From: Lama guanicoe
Lineage: Eukaryota
Assembly (NCBI GenBank): GCA_013239625.1
Contig: MU053365.1
Location: 1,894,115-1,958,114 of the forward strand
Reading direction: 5' to 3'
DNA: 64,000 nucleotides
The position numbers were made by a program, and so were the translations under genes. Shown in pieces: positions 12,991 to 26,810 of this stretch. How positions within the stretch are numbered: the first letter of the stretch is position 1; every line of letters begins with the position of its first letter. The notes under the pieces were generated by a model. It searched no databases and had not been told where the DNA came from. It was given only the letters and a program-made list of their open reading frames with translations.

Positions 12991-14557
12991 CTTCACACAA
13001 ATGTGATAGAATGTAAACTTACTTTACTTTAAAAATTCTTAGATCATACCAGTTCCTGAGTTTCCAAGAAGAAAATCAATAAAAATGCACTTCGGATTCT
13101 ATAAAGTACCGCCTGAGTGCTAGAAATTGTTATTTCTGGATAAAGGTTGAATTATCCTGTGTGTGCTTAACACTTATTTGACCTAAGCCACATGCGTGTA
13201 TACAATTTTGCATGAACACACACATGTACACATGCACAACCATTTAATGTATATGAGATTATTTCTGTTCAAGTCCTAGAACTGTCTTTGCAGGATTTAA
13301 ATAGTTCATGCATTTTTCATTTTGATAGATTAATGCCAAATTGGTCACCCAGAAAGGATGCATAAATCTACAGCTTTACCAACCATTCATGAGGTTGCTT
13401 ATTCCCCCATATTTTCATTAATAAGGCTTATTAGCAAACATATTTTTGCTAATCTCCAAGCTGAAAAGTGTCATTTCATTTTCCTTTGCACTTTGGTATT
13501 AATGAGGTTGAACAGTTTTATGTTTATTGACAAGTTGCATCTCCTCCTCCCTAAATGAACTGTTCATATTCTTTTTGTATTTTGTTGCTGGGTCATTTGT
13601 GTTGTTTTCCCTTATTTTCAGTGAGAAAGAATTTTTGAAGCTAGAAAAGTCATTGTGGAGAAGACATTACAGGCTTGGGAACTTGTGGAGCAATGGCAAA
13701 ATAACAGCCCAAGAACTGTCAAGGTCGGCCAGCATGTCTGGAGTGCAGGACAAGCAAAGGGCAATGGAAATGGCACTAGGAAAACTGCTGTACACATCAG
13801 CCAGACGGATCAGGTTAACACTGTGCATGATTATGCAGACGTTATTCCTTGTTGCCTGGATGAGACTCTGTGCACAAGCAATACTGCGGATTCATATTCA
13901 AGCTGGGGACCACTGTTTGCTAACTGCATGGTGAGACATTTTAGGTACTTTATCAAAGTGAACGATGAAAATTCAAATAGAAAACAAACAGCATCGCAGA
14001 AGCAGCTGGGAAACACTGGCTACAAAAACATCACCTGAAGCAGCACACGTGCTTTTGGCAAGACCCCAGTTGGTTTGGGGAGTCAGTAAACCTGGATTAG
14101 TTTCAGATTTGATACTGACTCATGGGGTGACCTTAAGCAAAACTCATCTTCAATTCTCTGGGCTGTTTCCTCATATTCAAATGAGGTGGATCAGACTTTT
14201 ACATTCTTTATATACTTTTAAATCCTGTCACTTACGTATGTTCATTTCATTAGCTAGTCCCACTGCATGATGGGCCTTGACATTTATTTGTTTAATCTAG
14301 AACACGAAAGAAGGCTGAGGATACTGTGGTCATGTCTGAGCGCTCCTTGGAACCCCATTCAGTGCCTGCTCATTAACTGTGGAAGCACAGCAGTAACTTT
14401 CCAGGTACATTTCCAGGGCTACAAATAAAGTGGAAAAATCTGACATTTTCAGAGTCATTCTACCTTCTATTTTTAAAGATATATGTACTATTTTCAACTC
14501 CTCAGAAAACTCGCTAAGCCTCATATACATTCTCTTTGATTCTTCCTTTAAAAAAAA

Positions 14558-14582
14558 TTTTAATGGGGGAAGGTAACTAGGT

Positions 14583-14625
<43 letters not shown>

Positions 14626-14709
14626 TTTTAATGGAGGGACAGGGGATTGAACCCAGGACCTCATGCATGCTAAGCACGTGCTCTACCACTGAGCTACACC
14701 CTCCCCCCC
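14558..14709 (-). mobile_element. tRNA-Ala-derived SINE, camelid Vic-1 type
   Basis: The reverse complement reads GGGGAGGGTGTAGCTCAGTGGTAGAGCACGTGCTTAGCATGCATGAGGTCCTGGGTTCAATCCCC (A and B boxes), then (AAAT)n and an AAACCTAGTTACCTTCCCCC tail. Confidence 0.88.
14582..14630. repeat. (TTTA)n microsatellite within the SINE tail
   Basis: Directly visible. Confidence 0.95.
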
Positions 14710-17700
14710 AGTGCTTCTTGATTAATGTGTTTTGAAAGCAAATCGCTCACTTGTCATACATGTCAAGTTGTGTGCAAACTTCTTACTAGTATGGCATCAG
14801 TAAGGAAGTTAGACAAGAATGAGACTTCTTAGAGGATCCAGGCATGACTTCATTATTCTCTAATGGAACATCTGTTGCATCATTAGATGTTTTATGGGAG
14901 TAAAGAAATTTCTCGTTGCTCTTTCATACATAATTGGTAACAAAACTTGTTTCTGGATAGCTATATACTCATGAATAAATTCATTTTATCTTAAATTAAT
15001 AAAAAGAAATTAAGTGGAAAAACAACAACTGGTAAAATGAAGGGTCCAATATTTCCACAGTCACACCTATAACATTTTATTAGAGAAATTTTGTAGTCTC
15101 CAGTATGGGTATAACTGTGTATCATTTATTAAAATACACCAACCCTTTCCTTTCAAAGACTTACTTTGTTGCCATCACTCTTATGCTAGATGAAAAATTT
15201 TTGTATCAAAGCTAAACAGTAAAAATGTCTTTACTAATATTTTCAACTGAGCATCAACATTTTTCAGTTATTAAAATTGATGCAAATCTCTCATAATTAA
15301 AGTGCTCTATTTTATTTAGGAAATCTTTTCTTTTCTCTGAAAATGTTTTACAGACTATGTATCTATAAATTCTGGCTAATGCCATATTTTGATATGTGCT
15401 CAGGAAGTTAACAAAGTCTGTAAGAGAATTTTATTTCCCTATCCCTAATCCCAAATTAATACTACAAGTAATAATAAGCAAACAAAAACCTTTTTGATAA
15501 ATGAATGAACTAAAAGGCTTTCCTTCATAAAGCATTTCAATTTAACAAAGTCATGATATGTACACACTAAAGAAGACATTGTCCTCCCATTTAGATTCTA
15601 ATGTTACAAAAATAAATTACTTTTTGTTTTGTATAAGGCACTTGAAAGGCAAAAGAAAGCAATTCGTTACTCATGGACATTATCTGGACTGAAGCAAAAT
15701 TTAGTTTCTTTGTCAAATCGACATCACAAACTTTCTAGTAAGTCCGAACCAGTATATCATAAAGTCAACCCAAAAATGATTTGGGAGATAGTGAGATTCT
15801 CTTCCTTCACCCTCAATGAACCTGTCATGGTCAAGGTTACAAGACAAATGAGAAAGGGCCTGGGAAGCAGTAGGAAATGAAGGTATATGGTAGGGTCCAC
15901 AGAACAGGAAAAGGCTAGCCAGGTTTTCAGAGCGCCTCTGGGTCACAAAGCAATGAGAGCCAACGGTTTTAGAGACTGAGGAGAGGTAAATACCATTTTC
16001 CTGAATAGGGAGCTTAACCAAATGGATGAATATAGAAGCTCTAGTTAAACACACAGACCCCAAGGATTTTCCCTTTGCTGATTTTTGGCACTCTCAACTG
16101 GAAAAATCTATTGGCAGAGGAGGACCCTTCACACACAAAAATCTGACTATTGTCTCTAGAGTGGCATTTTCTAGAGTGAAATTTTCTGGATATAAACTAT
16201 GAGAATGAAATGGGCCTGCACTATAATTCAGAAATGCTGCAAATTTCAAAGATGCCACTCTCATGAATACCTTCTAGAAGAAAACTGAGTAAGGTGACAG
16301 GTACCTACCCTGTTTGGACTACTTCCTGATGGCAACCTCATTAATTTAAAGGCATCCTATTTCAGTTTCCCCAAGTTCATCCACAGTTCAACTGTAATCA
16401 CTTAACCTGAAGCACTGAAAAATAAAGGTGGGAAGACTTATTTATAAGGTGCAATAACAAAATAAATAAATAAAAGGAAAATGGCACTAACTCTCCACGC
16501 CCCAAATTCCTACGCTAATCCCAAAATAGAAGATTTTCATAAACTGTGAACTTCCTCAGGGCTAGTGCGTCAGAGAACGGGTATTATAATGTTGACCTCT
16601 CCTGGGCCAGCATTTCACTTCTGGGCCCCCACCTTTTGTTTATTTGTTTGTTTTTACAGGATAATTCAAGATGGGGTCAAAATGAAATTCAAAGCATCAT
16701 CTGTAGTAGTAACATATGTACCATAGCAACTTTATCTCCTGATTACAGCCTTTTAAAAATAGCCCTCAGCATTGTTCCATACCATCCAGAAGGCAGGGTG
16801 AGGCATCTTCGCACTGCTTTCCTCTCCTCAAAGGTTCCATTGCTACAGAAATGGAAACTCATGTTTCATTCTCTAATTAGTTTAGATGACTTGGGAAAAT
16901 AAGAGATGGCAAGATCAGATGTCAAACATTTATCTGGCCAGTGAGTGCTTATCCAAGCAAAATGATACCCAATCTATTTTAAATAAAATAATTCTGCAAG
17001 GTCTGAACATTAGACAGCCCACATTCTTCTTTCTAAAGGGGAGAGAAAATAACAATATTCAGAATAAGAAAATCCTTAATTCACAGGCTAATACCTGCTT
17101 CATCCTTTCTTGTTCTAATCAGGATTATATAATTATAAATAGAATTTCAAGACATACCTCTACATTCCCTGGATTGCCATTGCTATTCAGACATGGTGAA
17201 AACAAGCTCTAACGGATAGCAGGTACAGCTTCACGTGAGGAGTAGCGCCTCAAAGAAGCATTCTATTTAGTGAACAGAAGTGGAGTTTTCCATGTACCAG
17301 GAATTTAGGGAGACACACAAAACTTGACAAAATGGCTGAGCTATTCCAGGATGCACACCAATAAAAGGGTTCCTTATGGAACCAGTGAAGGTCAGTGTCT
17401 TCATTCACTTTTTCTTCAAAACTGCAAGCCCCTTGAAGGCATTATAGTATGCTTTGTACCTCTTCATTTTAAAAAAAAATATTACCATGATTGCTAAGAA
17501 GAGTTCTGGGCACATAATGGATGCCTAATAAGTATGTACTGGTTTTCTCAATAGACTGTAAACTCTAGGATGGCAGGGACCATCAGTCAGTCCTGTACAT
17601 CACTGTACATCCAGTGTAGGCTGGACATCTGATATATTGTAGAGGTTCAAAATATTTGTTAATAAATCATCAGTGAGTGAATGAATGGCCTCACCATGCT

Positions 17701-20639
17701 CCAGCAATAAGTGAATGTGCACATTTTGAATAAAACTGTATTTATTCAGTCCTTTCTATTCAGACACATTTGAAGAAGAGACCTGGAAGTGGGTGTCTCG
17801 ATATGGTTTAATATGCCTAGCAAACTTTTCGATTCATTACATAATTGAGTCATGGAAAAAATGTATCCAAGAATCATGATAGTACAGACGGCAAGACCTG
17901 TACAGCTAATCCTGAGTCTCACATATTGCCCTTCCCCAGTTCCCTGAACATTCTGACAAGGAAATGCTGAAACGGTCAGAAAGCACACCTTGAGAAGGAG
18001 GTTTTTACTCTTAATATCCCTCGGATTGAAAGACCAAGGTAAGTGACCTCAAATGAGTCCAGAAGAGCCTCCCCCAATCCTCCTTACATTAGCTAAAGGC
18101 AAAGTATACAATCATGTGGTAAGTTTGCAATTTGTTCACACATGTATGCCTTGCACAGCAAAACTCATTTTACTAGAAAAACATTTGTTATTCTATGACT
18201 CCATTGGCTAGTGTCAGTTGGCATCTATGGAAGACGGTTAAATGTAGGAATGTCCCCCAAAGCTGCAACCTAAAGACCAAACTCTCCTGGTCCCTACTAA
18301 TCCATCTGCATCAGACCTTGTGATACTGATGGAAATGGCAACAGAGAGCTCTGTCTGCGGAGGTACCTACCACTTATGAATATGCCTATATAGGTTGACC
18401 TTTACAACTAGAACTTGATTATAGTTTAATTCATTAAATGACTCATTCTGCAAATATCAAAGCTTCTATCATGTTCCAGCCATAGTAGCGGACGTGAGAA
18501 ATACAAAGTGGAGTAATACACATACCCTGCCTTCAAGACTATCGCAGCAAAAGGAAAAGCTTATGGTACAGCTTTGGGCACAATGCTGTGAGCACACAGA
18601 GAAGGTGGGGCTTCACTGCCCTGCATGGTAGAGAAGATTATGAAGAAGAAATTACATTGGTGCAGCATCTTAAAAAATGGAACAGATATTCAGTAGGCAA
18701 GCAAGAGTAAAGGCCTTCTAGGTAGAGAGAGCAATATTTCCTGAGAGTGTGTAAGATTTGCACGTTTCGGGAAGAAAGAGAAACACATTTTGCTAGAGAG
18801 TTGGATGTTTAGTTGGACTGGGTGGTAAGTGAGCAGCTAAAGAGAAGCTTGGAGAGTTGAGATTGAGTTAATAATTTGTTTGTATTTTCTATTTTAAAGT
18901 GTTGACTCTTCCTGGTAGCTGAAAGGGAGTCACCAAAACTGTATAAAAAGAGATGATGGTAGCTTGACCTAGATCAGTAACAACAGGAAAGGCAACAAGG
19001 CACTGAATTTCTCAGGTGGAATCCACACATTTTGGTACCAAGGCGGCAGAGCAGATTTGCTAGAGAAGAAGGACTGGAAGCTGGTTACATAATTATGAAC
19101 CAGGATGGTTAGACAGGTCACTGTAGGAAAGTTTGTAAATAAAGGGCAACACAACAAACAAGATGACCTTGGTAAAGTCACTTCTCTTCACAGAGGTTCA
19201 GTTTACTGAACAATAAGTGGGTAAGAACTGAACTTGTCATCTTCAAAATTGTGCCCAATTCTAAAGGTACGTGGAAAATGATTTGATTTGATTTTTTAAA
19301 AAATGCTTCCTAGTGAGTGTCCAGGTTTCCTGTTTCCTTAGATGCTATTACTAAGCCTGTACATTGGTTTCTGCTATTGTCAGCTACAGTGATCATTGGA
19401 AAGGAATGGTAGAGAAATGTTCTCATTATTGAAAAGCCTATTTCCAGAGAACAATTAAATGAAGTATTCACTGAGTGACAGAGCTTAGAATTTTTAGCAT
19501 GATTTTGCTTATATGCTTTCAGATTGGCTCTGCCATAATTAAGAGATGCTAATAAGTTTGCCAAAGTCTTAGAAGTAAATCAAAAGAAGAATTCCTTTTC
19601 CATTTAATTCATAAGTATTGATGCTGCTAATATCTGTATTAAAAAATCTCACCTTTTGGCTGAATTCCAAGAACATATTGAGGAACAATTAAAGTAAGGT
19701 TTTGTATGAATAATGAAATTTGGTGATAAAAGACTGTACTCTGCCTTGAATGAAGATTGCATTTCTACTTCCATTTTAATTCCACAAAGTTCACTAAAAT
19801 ATATTTTAGGGAACAAAATCTTTATCTTGATGACAAGAGGTCTTTGCCAGAAAAAAAGAAACAAATCAATGCTTTCAATTAAAGATGAGAAAATGTTGCC
19901 AAAAGCAATAAAAGACCCCACTAGAATCTGGCCTTACCTGAGGCCCAAAATACAGTCAGTTCTTCCACCTGTTCCCCTCCCACCCCCATAGATTCTTGGA
20001 GTTCAGACTTTGGTCACAGGTAGGTTACTCACGCCCTGGGAGTTGATATTTCCTGTTAAAGGTTCTAGAATTTCAGATCCAGTTGGCCCTGAGTACTTCC
20101 TGATTCTCCTATTCCTATTTTAATGCCACTTCTAGGAAAACTTTCCTTATTCATCCAACCTTCAGTCATATTCTAATAGTTTCCTCTTCCATGATACCAC
20201 AGGGCACTGGTCTTGCAATTTCTAGAGATCTTGACGCTTGTTTTGTAGTTACTTGTTTACACGTATATATAAACATTTCATACTTGATGGTGAACTCTTT
20301 GAGATGCCTAATTTACCTCTGGGCCATAATGCCCTAGAAGCTTCAGACTAAACTACATTCCAGGACCCAGGTAAAGTCTAAAGCCACAGCAAGACATAAG
20401 GCTTTGGAACTCTATAAGCTAGAGGTAGATCTATCTCAAAATCACTAATTTATCTTCTTAACCAAGCTTGTTTCATTTGTGGAAGTAGTAGAGCTGTTGA
20501 CAAGAATGTCTCTCTCACCAAATTATGATCTGAACAGAGCAGAACTGTGTAAGATTGAAATGCTTCATGAAAAACTCATGGACATTGGAACCATTTATAC
20601 CTGGGTTCAAATTCTGTAACTGTTATTTATTGTGTGTGC

Positions 20640-21118
20640 TGTGTACTGGATACAAATGTCCTTCCATATCTATTTTCCACCCTCCTCCACCCTACTTTCT
20701 GCCCAGTGGGCTGACTGATATGAAGTGCATAAAGAGGCTCATCTGGTTTAGGGTTGAATTTGATCAATAGAAAACTCCAAGGAGGAGATCTGAAGGATGG
20801 AAGGCAGTGAGATCAAAGCATTTATTCCTGGTGACCTCTCCGTTAGGTGGGTCATGCCAGACTGGTTGTGTGTCTAGACTGTCACTATTTCTCTAAGGAG
20901 TCCAGCTTTACATAATTCCCTCCCCCACCCAGGCCTTTTCACACTAGAGGTGGTAGCAATTTTACCAGCACGAACTGAGGTTCCTGTAATATCCTTTGAG
21001 TTTCCTCTTTATCTCACACACACCTTTATAATTAGTTCCTTTATGAAAACCTACCCTCCTCCACAAGTTATCCTAATTTGAATGGGTTCTTTGTTTCTTT
21101 TGGAGACCCTAACTGATA
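20640..21118 (+). mobile_element. ERVL LTR (LTR33-like)
   Basis: GGAGATCTGAAGGATGGAAGGCAGTGAGATCAAAGCATTTATTCC and terminal GAGACCCTAACTGATA. Confidence 0.65.
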
Positions 21119-21750
21119 AATATTAGAAAAATCATTGGGGCTATTAATGACTGTCACTCAAAGTTCTTGTGAGGAATATATAAGAAAGGACATCCTAATT
21201 GTCTGCCTACCACAAATCCTGCTGCATAACAAGCATTCATGAGACAGTAGTAATGATTATTGTTTTCAGGTCTATACTCCAGGCCCCAAGCACCAAATCC
21301 ATCTTGAACTCACTGAATATTGGTAAGTGAATGAATAAAATTACAAAAAATAAGGCGAATTTAGATCTGTTATTTAAAAATGGATCCACTATCCGTCTAC
21401 TGATTTTAACTTTCCTCTATTCTTCCTCATGGTTTTCTCTCATGTTGAAATGATTTAGATATATGGATATACGATCTGCCTCTAGGACCTGACCTATATT
21501 TTAGGGACTGTAACTGTAGCTCCTATTTTTATTATTTCTACTCCTTCTAAAGGACTGCTCCTCACACAGTGGGCACATATCTTTTGTGGGCTTTAGGGAT
21601 GGACTACCCATTCTGAAAAGTAATTTCATGCATTTCTAATGCTGTGTTAAATATAATTCATTAAGAGCACATGACAGGTTGCAGTACTATTTTGATACCT
21701 AAATACTAGCAACATTCAAACAGCAGTGTGTTACTGGAGAAAACACCCAC

Positions 21751-21838
21751 GTCTGGGGCAAAAACTTTACCATTGTACCTTTACAGTTTGTAATGTCTGG
21801 GGCAAAAACTTTACCATTGTACCTTTACAGTTTGTAAT
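21751..21838. repeat. Perfect 44-bp tandem duplication
   Basis: GTCTGGGGCAAAAACTTTACCATTGTACCTTTACAGTTTGTAAT occurs twice. Confidence 0.97.
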
Positions 21839-22429
21839 GTATTTCCCATCTCATTTCATTCTGATGGAACATAATTTCCTTTTGATACTGTACATTTGTG
21901 CCCCTTGTCCTGTTCAGTCGCACTATACAGACAGGTCCCTTTAACTTTGTTTTTCTCTTGGTTTCAAACAATGCCAATAAACTCAATTTATGGCATAATA
22001 TGACATTATTACCAAGTGATCATCATACCTACCTCACTTGGAATTATTTGAAGTGACAAGCTGATTGTCAGAAGAGGGACTAAAGGTTTTTTAATCATTT
22101 TACAAACCAAATAAATAGGAAGCAAGACTCTTTACTTGACACCAGAAGAATAGAGTCTATAGCAAATGAATGTTTTTAGCCTTCTCCATTTCATTAAAGG
22201 CTAAATGACAAACTGGGACCAATAAAAAACTATTTATTTTCTTTCATTGTGTATACATTTTGATTTAATTCCTTGAAGAATTCAGATGTATCTCATTTCC
22301 AAATTAAATGCAGTTTATATATTTGAATCCCTGCCATGAAGACAACTGTAGGTTTCCTAAGTGTATAAATCCCCAGTGCTTCACTCCAAAGGCAAGAATA
22401 GTAAGACGGTAGATTGAATATACACATCC

Positions 22430-23400
22430 AATTTCACTTCCTCTGAAAACTCCACTAGGACCTACAAGGACACAGAGAACAGGAGCGAATAAAACAGCAA
22501 CAGCATTTTGGAAGTTGGAAAGCAAATGAACCAGTGATAATTAACTTAGCAGAACTAGGAAAACTGAATCTCAAACAGGCCTTAGGAAGAGCTGAGAACC
22601 AACTAGATGTATATTAAAGAATCCTCAAAGATTCAGGAAATATTAGCTCAGGTACTTATGGGATTGGGCACAAAAGGGAGAGGTAAAAAGAAGGGACAGG
22701 GTGTGCATGTATATGCATGACTAGGACATTGTGCTGCACACCAGAAACTGACACACTGTAACTGATGGTACTTCAACAAAAAATAAAGAAAGAAGGGATA
22801 GGATTAAAACTGTAGAAAAACACTAGATTTCTAGATCACCTTATTTAGTATGTCCCTAGGGAACTCTCTCTCCCACTTCAGCAGACGCCTGGAGTTTTAT
22901 TCTCCAGAAATATCAGGCACAGTTGAGGGCATGTGCACTAAAAACCAGGAATGTTACATGAGGATGAACCATGTCCATATTTAACACTGCAAATTCCTGG
23001 CTTTCCTTCCTCAGTTCTTATTGAGTGTTGCTCCCAAATCTCTGGCAGCCAGAGCTTTACCATCCAGACAGATTAGACATTGCTCCTCCGTAAAAGTTTA
23101 TCAGAAAAAAAGAGTGACATAAAGATACAAAATGTCACATTCCATCGTATAAAATTGCATCCAGATAATTTTACAATAAAATTAAATCAACCAATTAGAT
23201 CCACATACTCAGCACTTGCAAACATCATTTTATTTCCCCATCCTCAATCATAAGCAGACAATCAAGGATTACCAGACATCTAAGAAAAACTTCATGCAAG
23301 AAAAATGAAGAATAACACAGACATAAACAAAGAAAAAAAGATATTGGAAGCAACAGAGACTCCTGTGGGAAAAGAAAACTTCAAAACACTCTAGCATTAA
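22430..23400 (+). mobile_element. Ancient L1 5'-region/ORF1-proximal remnant
   Basis: Resembles old L1M 5' ends (AACAGCAACAGCATTTTGGAAG...; AGCAGACAATCAAGGATTACCAGACATCTAAG). Degenerate. Confidence 0.5.
22701..22788 (+). mobile_element. Severely 5'-truncated young camelid-type L1 3' end with a 14-bp TSD
   Basis: GTATATGCATGACTAGGACATTGTGCTGCACACCAGAAACTGACACACTGTAACTGA plus an A-rich tail. TSD AAAGAAGGGA(C/T)AGG at 22687-22700 and 22789-22802. Confidence 0.85.
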
Positions 23401-24494
23401 TAGAATCACACAGATAAGACTAGGCTGTACTCAACCCATTACCATGGGTGGAGAATTTTAGGATTTGTGGAAGCTGAAAGGTTTGCTAATATTCCACTGA
23501 AAATGATTTAGAAAATACATTTTTCTATTGAAATTTTTATATAAAAAGTGATATTTCATAGCTTAAGCACTGAATCATGGTAGCAGTTTATAAGGCATAT
23601 AATGCAAAATTTCATAATATCCCACTACATAGCTTTCTCTTTACATCCCATTTTAACCTCCAGTATCTACCTACCTCATGGGTTTCATTCAAATGTATTT
23701 GTCATATACAGAAAAAGAGAGAGTGAGAGAGAGAAGGAGGGAGGGAAGGGCAGAAAGGGAGAAGGAGAGAGAGGATGATTCCCCTGCAATGCCCAGCATG
23801 GAGTGGTTTTTTTCCTATAAACATTAGAACACACTGAACACATGATTATGCAACTAATTTACTCTTTAGATTGCTACATGGATGTACATACATGCCAAGA
23901 TGTATGTATCACTGGATAGATATATTGATATATGGATACATGACAGTGGATTTTAAAATTAACCTCTGGAAACCACGTGTGAGAAGAGCTAATTTTTGCA
24001 AAATGGAATCTTGATTTTTCAATGTGAGATTCAAATTTATCTGACAGCACTATACACACTTATTTATCTTCCCACTGTAGACTTCATTAAAACTCTAGCT
24101 AATGCTGTAGTTTAAAAATGCATGTTCGACAGATCCTTCATATACTTTGGTTTCTGCTACTGCCAACCTCCTTAGCACCCTCCTTTTTTACAGTAAATCT
24201 AGGAGGGTTTTGTTAGGTTCAGACTTCATGTGGCAACTGACTAAAAGTTGCCCAGGTTGGCAAATATCAGATGCGTTGACTGGAAAAGAAAGACAAAAGC
24301 TGTGACCATTGGTGAGGATAAGAGAGTAAAAATAGACCAATAAGATAATGAGGAATTACGATATATACGTTATAAGCAGGGGCCCTAGAATCTGGGAGAC
24401 TGAAGCTAAGACTTGGCTCTGTCACTTACATAGTAGTATGAATTTGGGCAGGTTATTGAACTTCTGAGATTCATTGTTCTGATCTTTAAAATAT

Positions 24495-24690
24495 CGAGTC
24501 TGTAAAACTTTCTGTAAAGGGTCAGGTAGTAAATACTATAGGTCTCTGTTGAGTTAGCACAAAAGCAACCACGGACACTATGTAAATAAATGGGTATGGC
24601 TAGGTCCCAAATACACTTCATTTGTAAAGACAAGCACCTGTGTCTACATTTGACACCCACCCCAATATGGACACTGGTTTTCTGACTCCT
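24495..24690. mobile_element. MER58A-like hAT MITE
   Basis: AAACTTTCTGTAAAGGGTCAGGTAGTAAATA...AAAGCAACCACGGACACTATGTAAATAAATGGG. Confidence 0.75.
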
Positions 24691-26249
24691 AAATCACAGT
24701 GATATACATCACAGTGTGTGTGTATATATATATATATATACACAATTTTTCAATAATTGTCACCAAGAAAGAATTCAAGCAAAAATGTAAAATATCCCAA
24801 CATATAAAGCACATATAAAAGAGATTTTAAAATAAAGGATTACTATAAGCCACCTTAAGATAAGTTTGGAAAATACAGTCTAAATGGATTTCTTTAAAAT
24901 TAAAACATAGCAATTTTCACAGATTAAATTGCAAAAAAGGAAAGAAAACCAGAATAATTGAAACCAAATATAAAATTCTTAAATGTATTCTGTAAATCTC
25001 ATTTGGTCCTTATTACAAAATATAATAAAGGAAAGTTCACTCTAAAGGTTGTTTATAATGGAGAGGCAAAGCTCTGACAACATGGTCCACCAACACAACC
25101 CCAAAATGATTTAATTGTGATGCAAATAAAGTAAAATGTGAAAGTACAACATTATTGATGGTAGACGAAACATTTGACTTTTAAAAAAATATATTATTTA
25201 AAATTATTTGTCAGTCTTGGGTTTATATTTAGAAGACAAATTTCTCATATCCTAAAATTGCTTTACTGGGGAGAGAGCATATATTTTTTCACCTGTAATA
25301 AGAAATATTAATCATTCCATCATGTCATTACTGACAGTCCTATATTGACTATTTCTTGGCATTATATGCAAAAAGAGTATTGTCCTCATTAATATTTTAC
25401 TATTAGAAATTCTTCCAGGTTTGAAAAGTTAGTTCAGGTACCAGAAAGATCTAACTATAACTACTGAGTTAGGTAAAGATCAACGTTTAAAAATATTCCT
25501 CCTTTGTTATTATCCCATTGTACACTGGTTTTTAAAACATTATTTTACTTATAAAATTTCTGGGAAGTATCTCATGTCACAAAGTAGCTCTTTTCTGTAT
25601 GCAACAAATATGTATTACCTACTAGGTGCTTAGTTTTCAATGATGATTTTTAAAAAATTATAAGAGATTATAATTTTAAAGAAATTATTGGTAGGAAATA
25701 GAAAAAAAGTTTAACCAGATCACACAAAAATATAGCAAGATATTTGCATTTTATCTGTGAAAGAGTAATAGTAATTCCTGCCCAAGAATCTTTCTATGCT
25801 TTATTTGGCTTCCTTTGAATTTGCACTTAAGAGTCCATTTCACCTCTTTATGATACACATGGAATTGGCACTGATAAATGAGTCTTAGTCATCGTGAAAA
25901 TAAGCAACTGACCTTCCTAAAAATATAGCACAGAGACAGCCTAAATAAGCTTTTAATTTAATGACCCAAAGTCACAGCTGGGACAGGAAACCTAGCCTCA
26001 AGAGTAGTGGAGTTCTACCTTTAGTCCACATCTCCATTTTAACAGTGTTCTTACTTTGAGAAATTAGAATAACACCTGAAAGAATAGTACAGTGATAACG
26101 CTGTAGCTGTTTGAATTAGCATCTTACTTGAGAGAATGATACAGCTGTTAGTTTGGATCAGTGATGCCTTCATTGGAAATGTTTTCTTATTTCACTTATT
26201 TTCAACTGACTTATTGTTTCTACGTATATTAAGGGTACCAAGTAAAGGA

Positions 26250-26510
26250 TGTTGATCACCACCTGGTTCTACAAGAATTAAGTCATTAGACACTGTAGTC
26301 ACTGACCTTCAACCTACCCTGAAAGGAATTCAGGGCGAAGATGTGTACTTGACTGCACCTATCCCTCTGCCAAAATCTTTGGAACAATTTCTCAGAGCCA
26401 TCTGAGAGGTTGTTTCTCAGGCTATAGTCCTTAATAAGACACTGAATAAACTCAACTCACAGCTCTAGTTTCGTGGGTTTCTTTTGTTTTTTTTTTTTTG
26501 TCGGTTTACA
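26250..26510 (+). mobile_element. Short solo ERV1 LTR with a 4-bp TSD
   Basis: TG...CA termini flanked by AGGA on both sides, with AATAAA. Shares CTCAGAGCCATCTGAGAG with the LTR at 26929. Confidence 0.8.
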
Positions 26511-26593
26511 AGGATCAACTATATGCTGTCATCTACAGGAATACACAAATAAATGAAACCTAGGTCCTGGCCTCAAAAAGCTCGAGTCTAGCA

Positions 26594-26810
26594 CAGGGGT
26601 GGACAATATTTTTCTCTTGAGCTAGATAGTAAATAATTTTGGCTTTGTATACCATATGGTCTCCATCACAACTACTCGACTCTGCCTTCACAGCATTAAA
26701 TTAGCCATAGAAAAAAGATGCATGAATGTGTGTATGCCTGTTTCCCTTTGGCCTAATCAGGCAGCCAAGTGGAATTTGGCATAGTGGCCATCAGTTGGTA
26801 ACTACTAATC
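26594..26810. mobile_element. MER58A-like hAT MITE
   Basis: CAGGGGTGGACAA...AGATAGTAAATAATTTTGGCTTTG...CCATATGGTCTC...CAACTACTCGACTCTGCC. Confidence 0.75.

Noticed and set aside
14640..14709. tRNA-Ala-like sequence
   Set aside because: It is the head of a Vic-1-type SINE with an AT-rich tail, not a tRNA gene.
21751..21838. Direct repeats as a possible CRISPR-like array
   Set aside because: Only two adjacent copies, no spacers, and a eukaryotic context.
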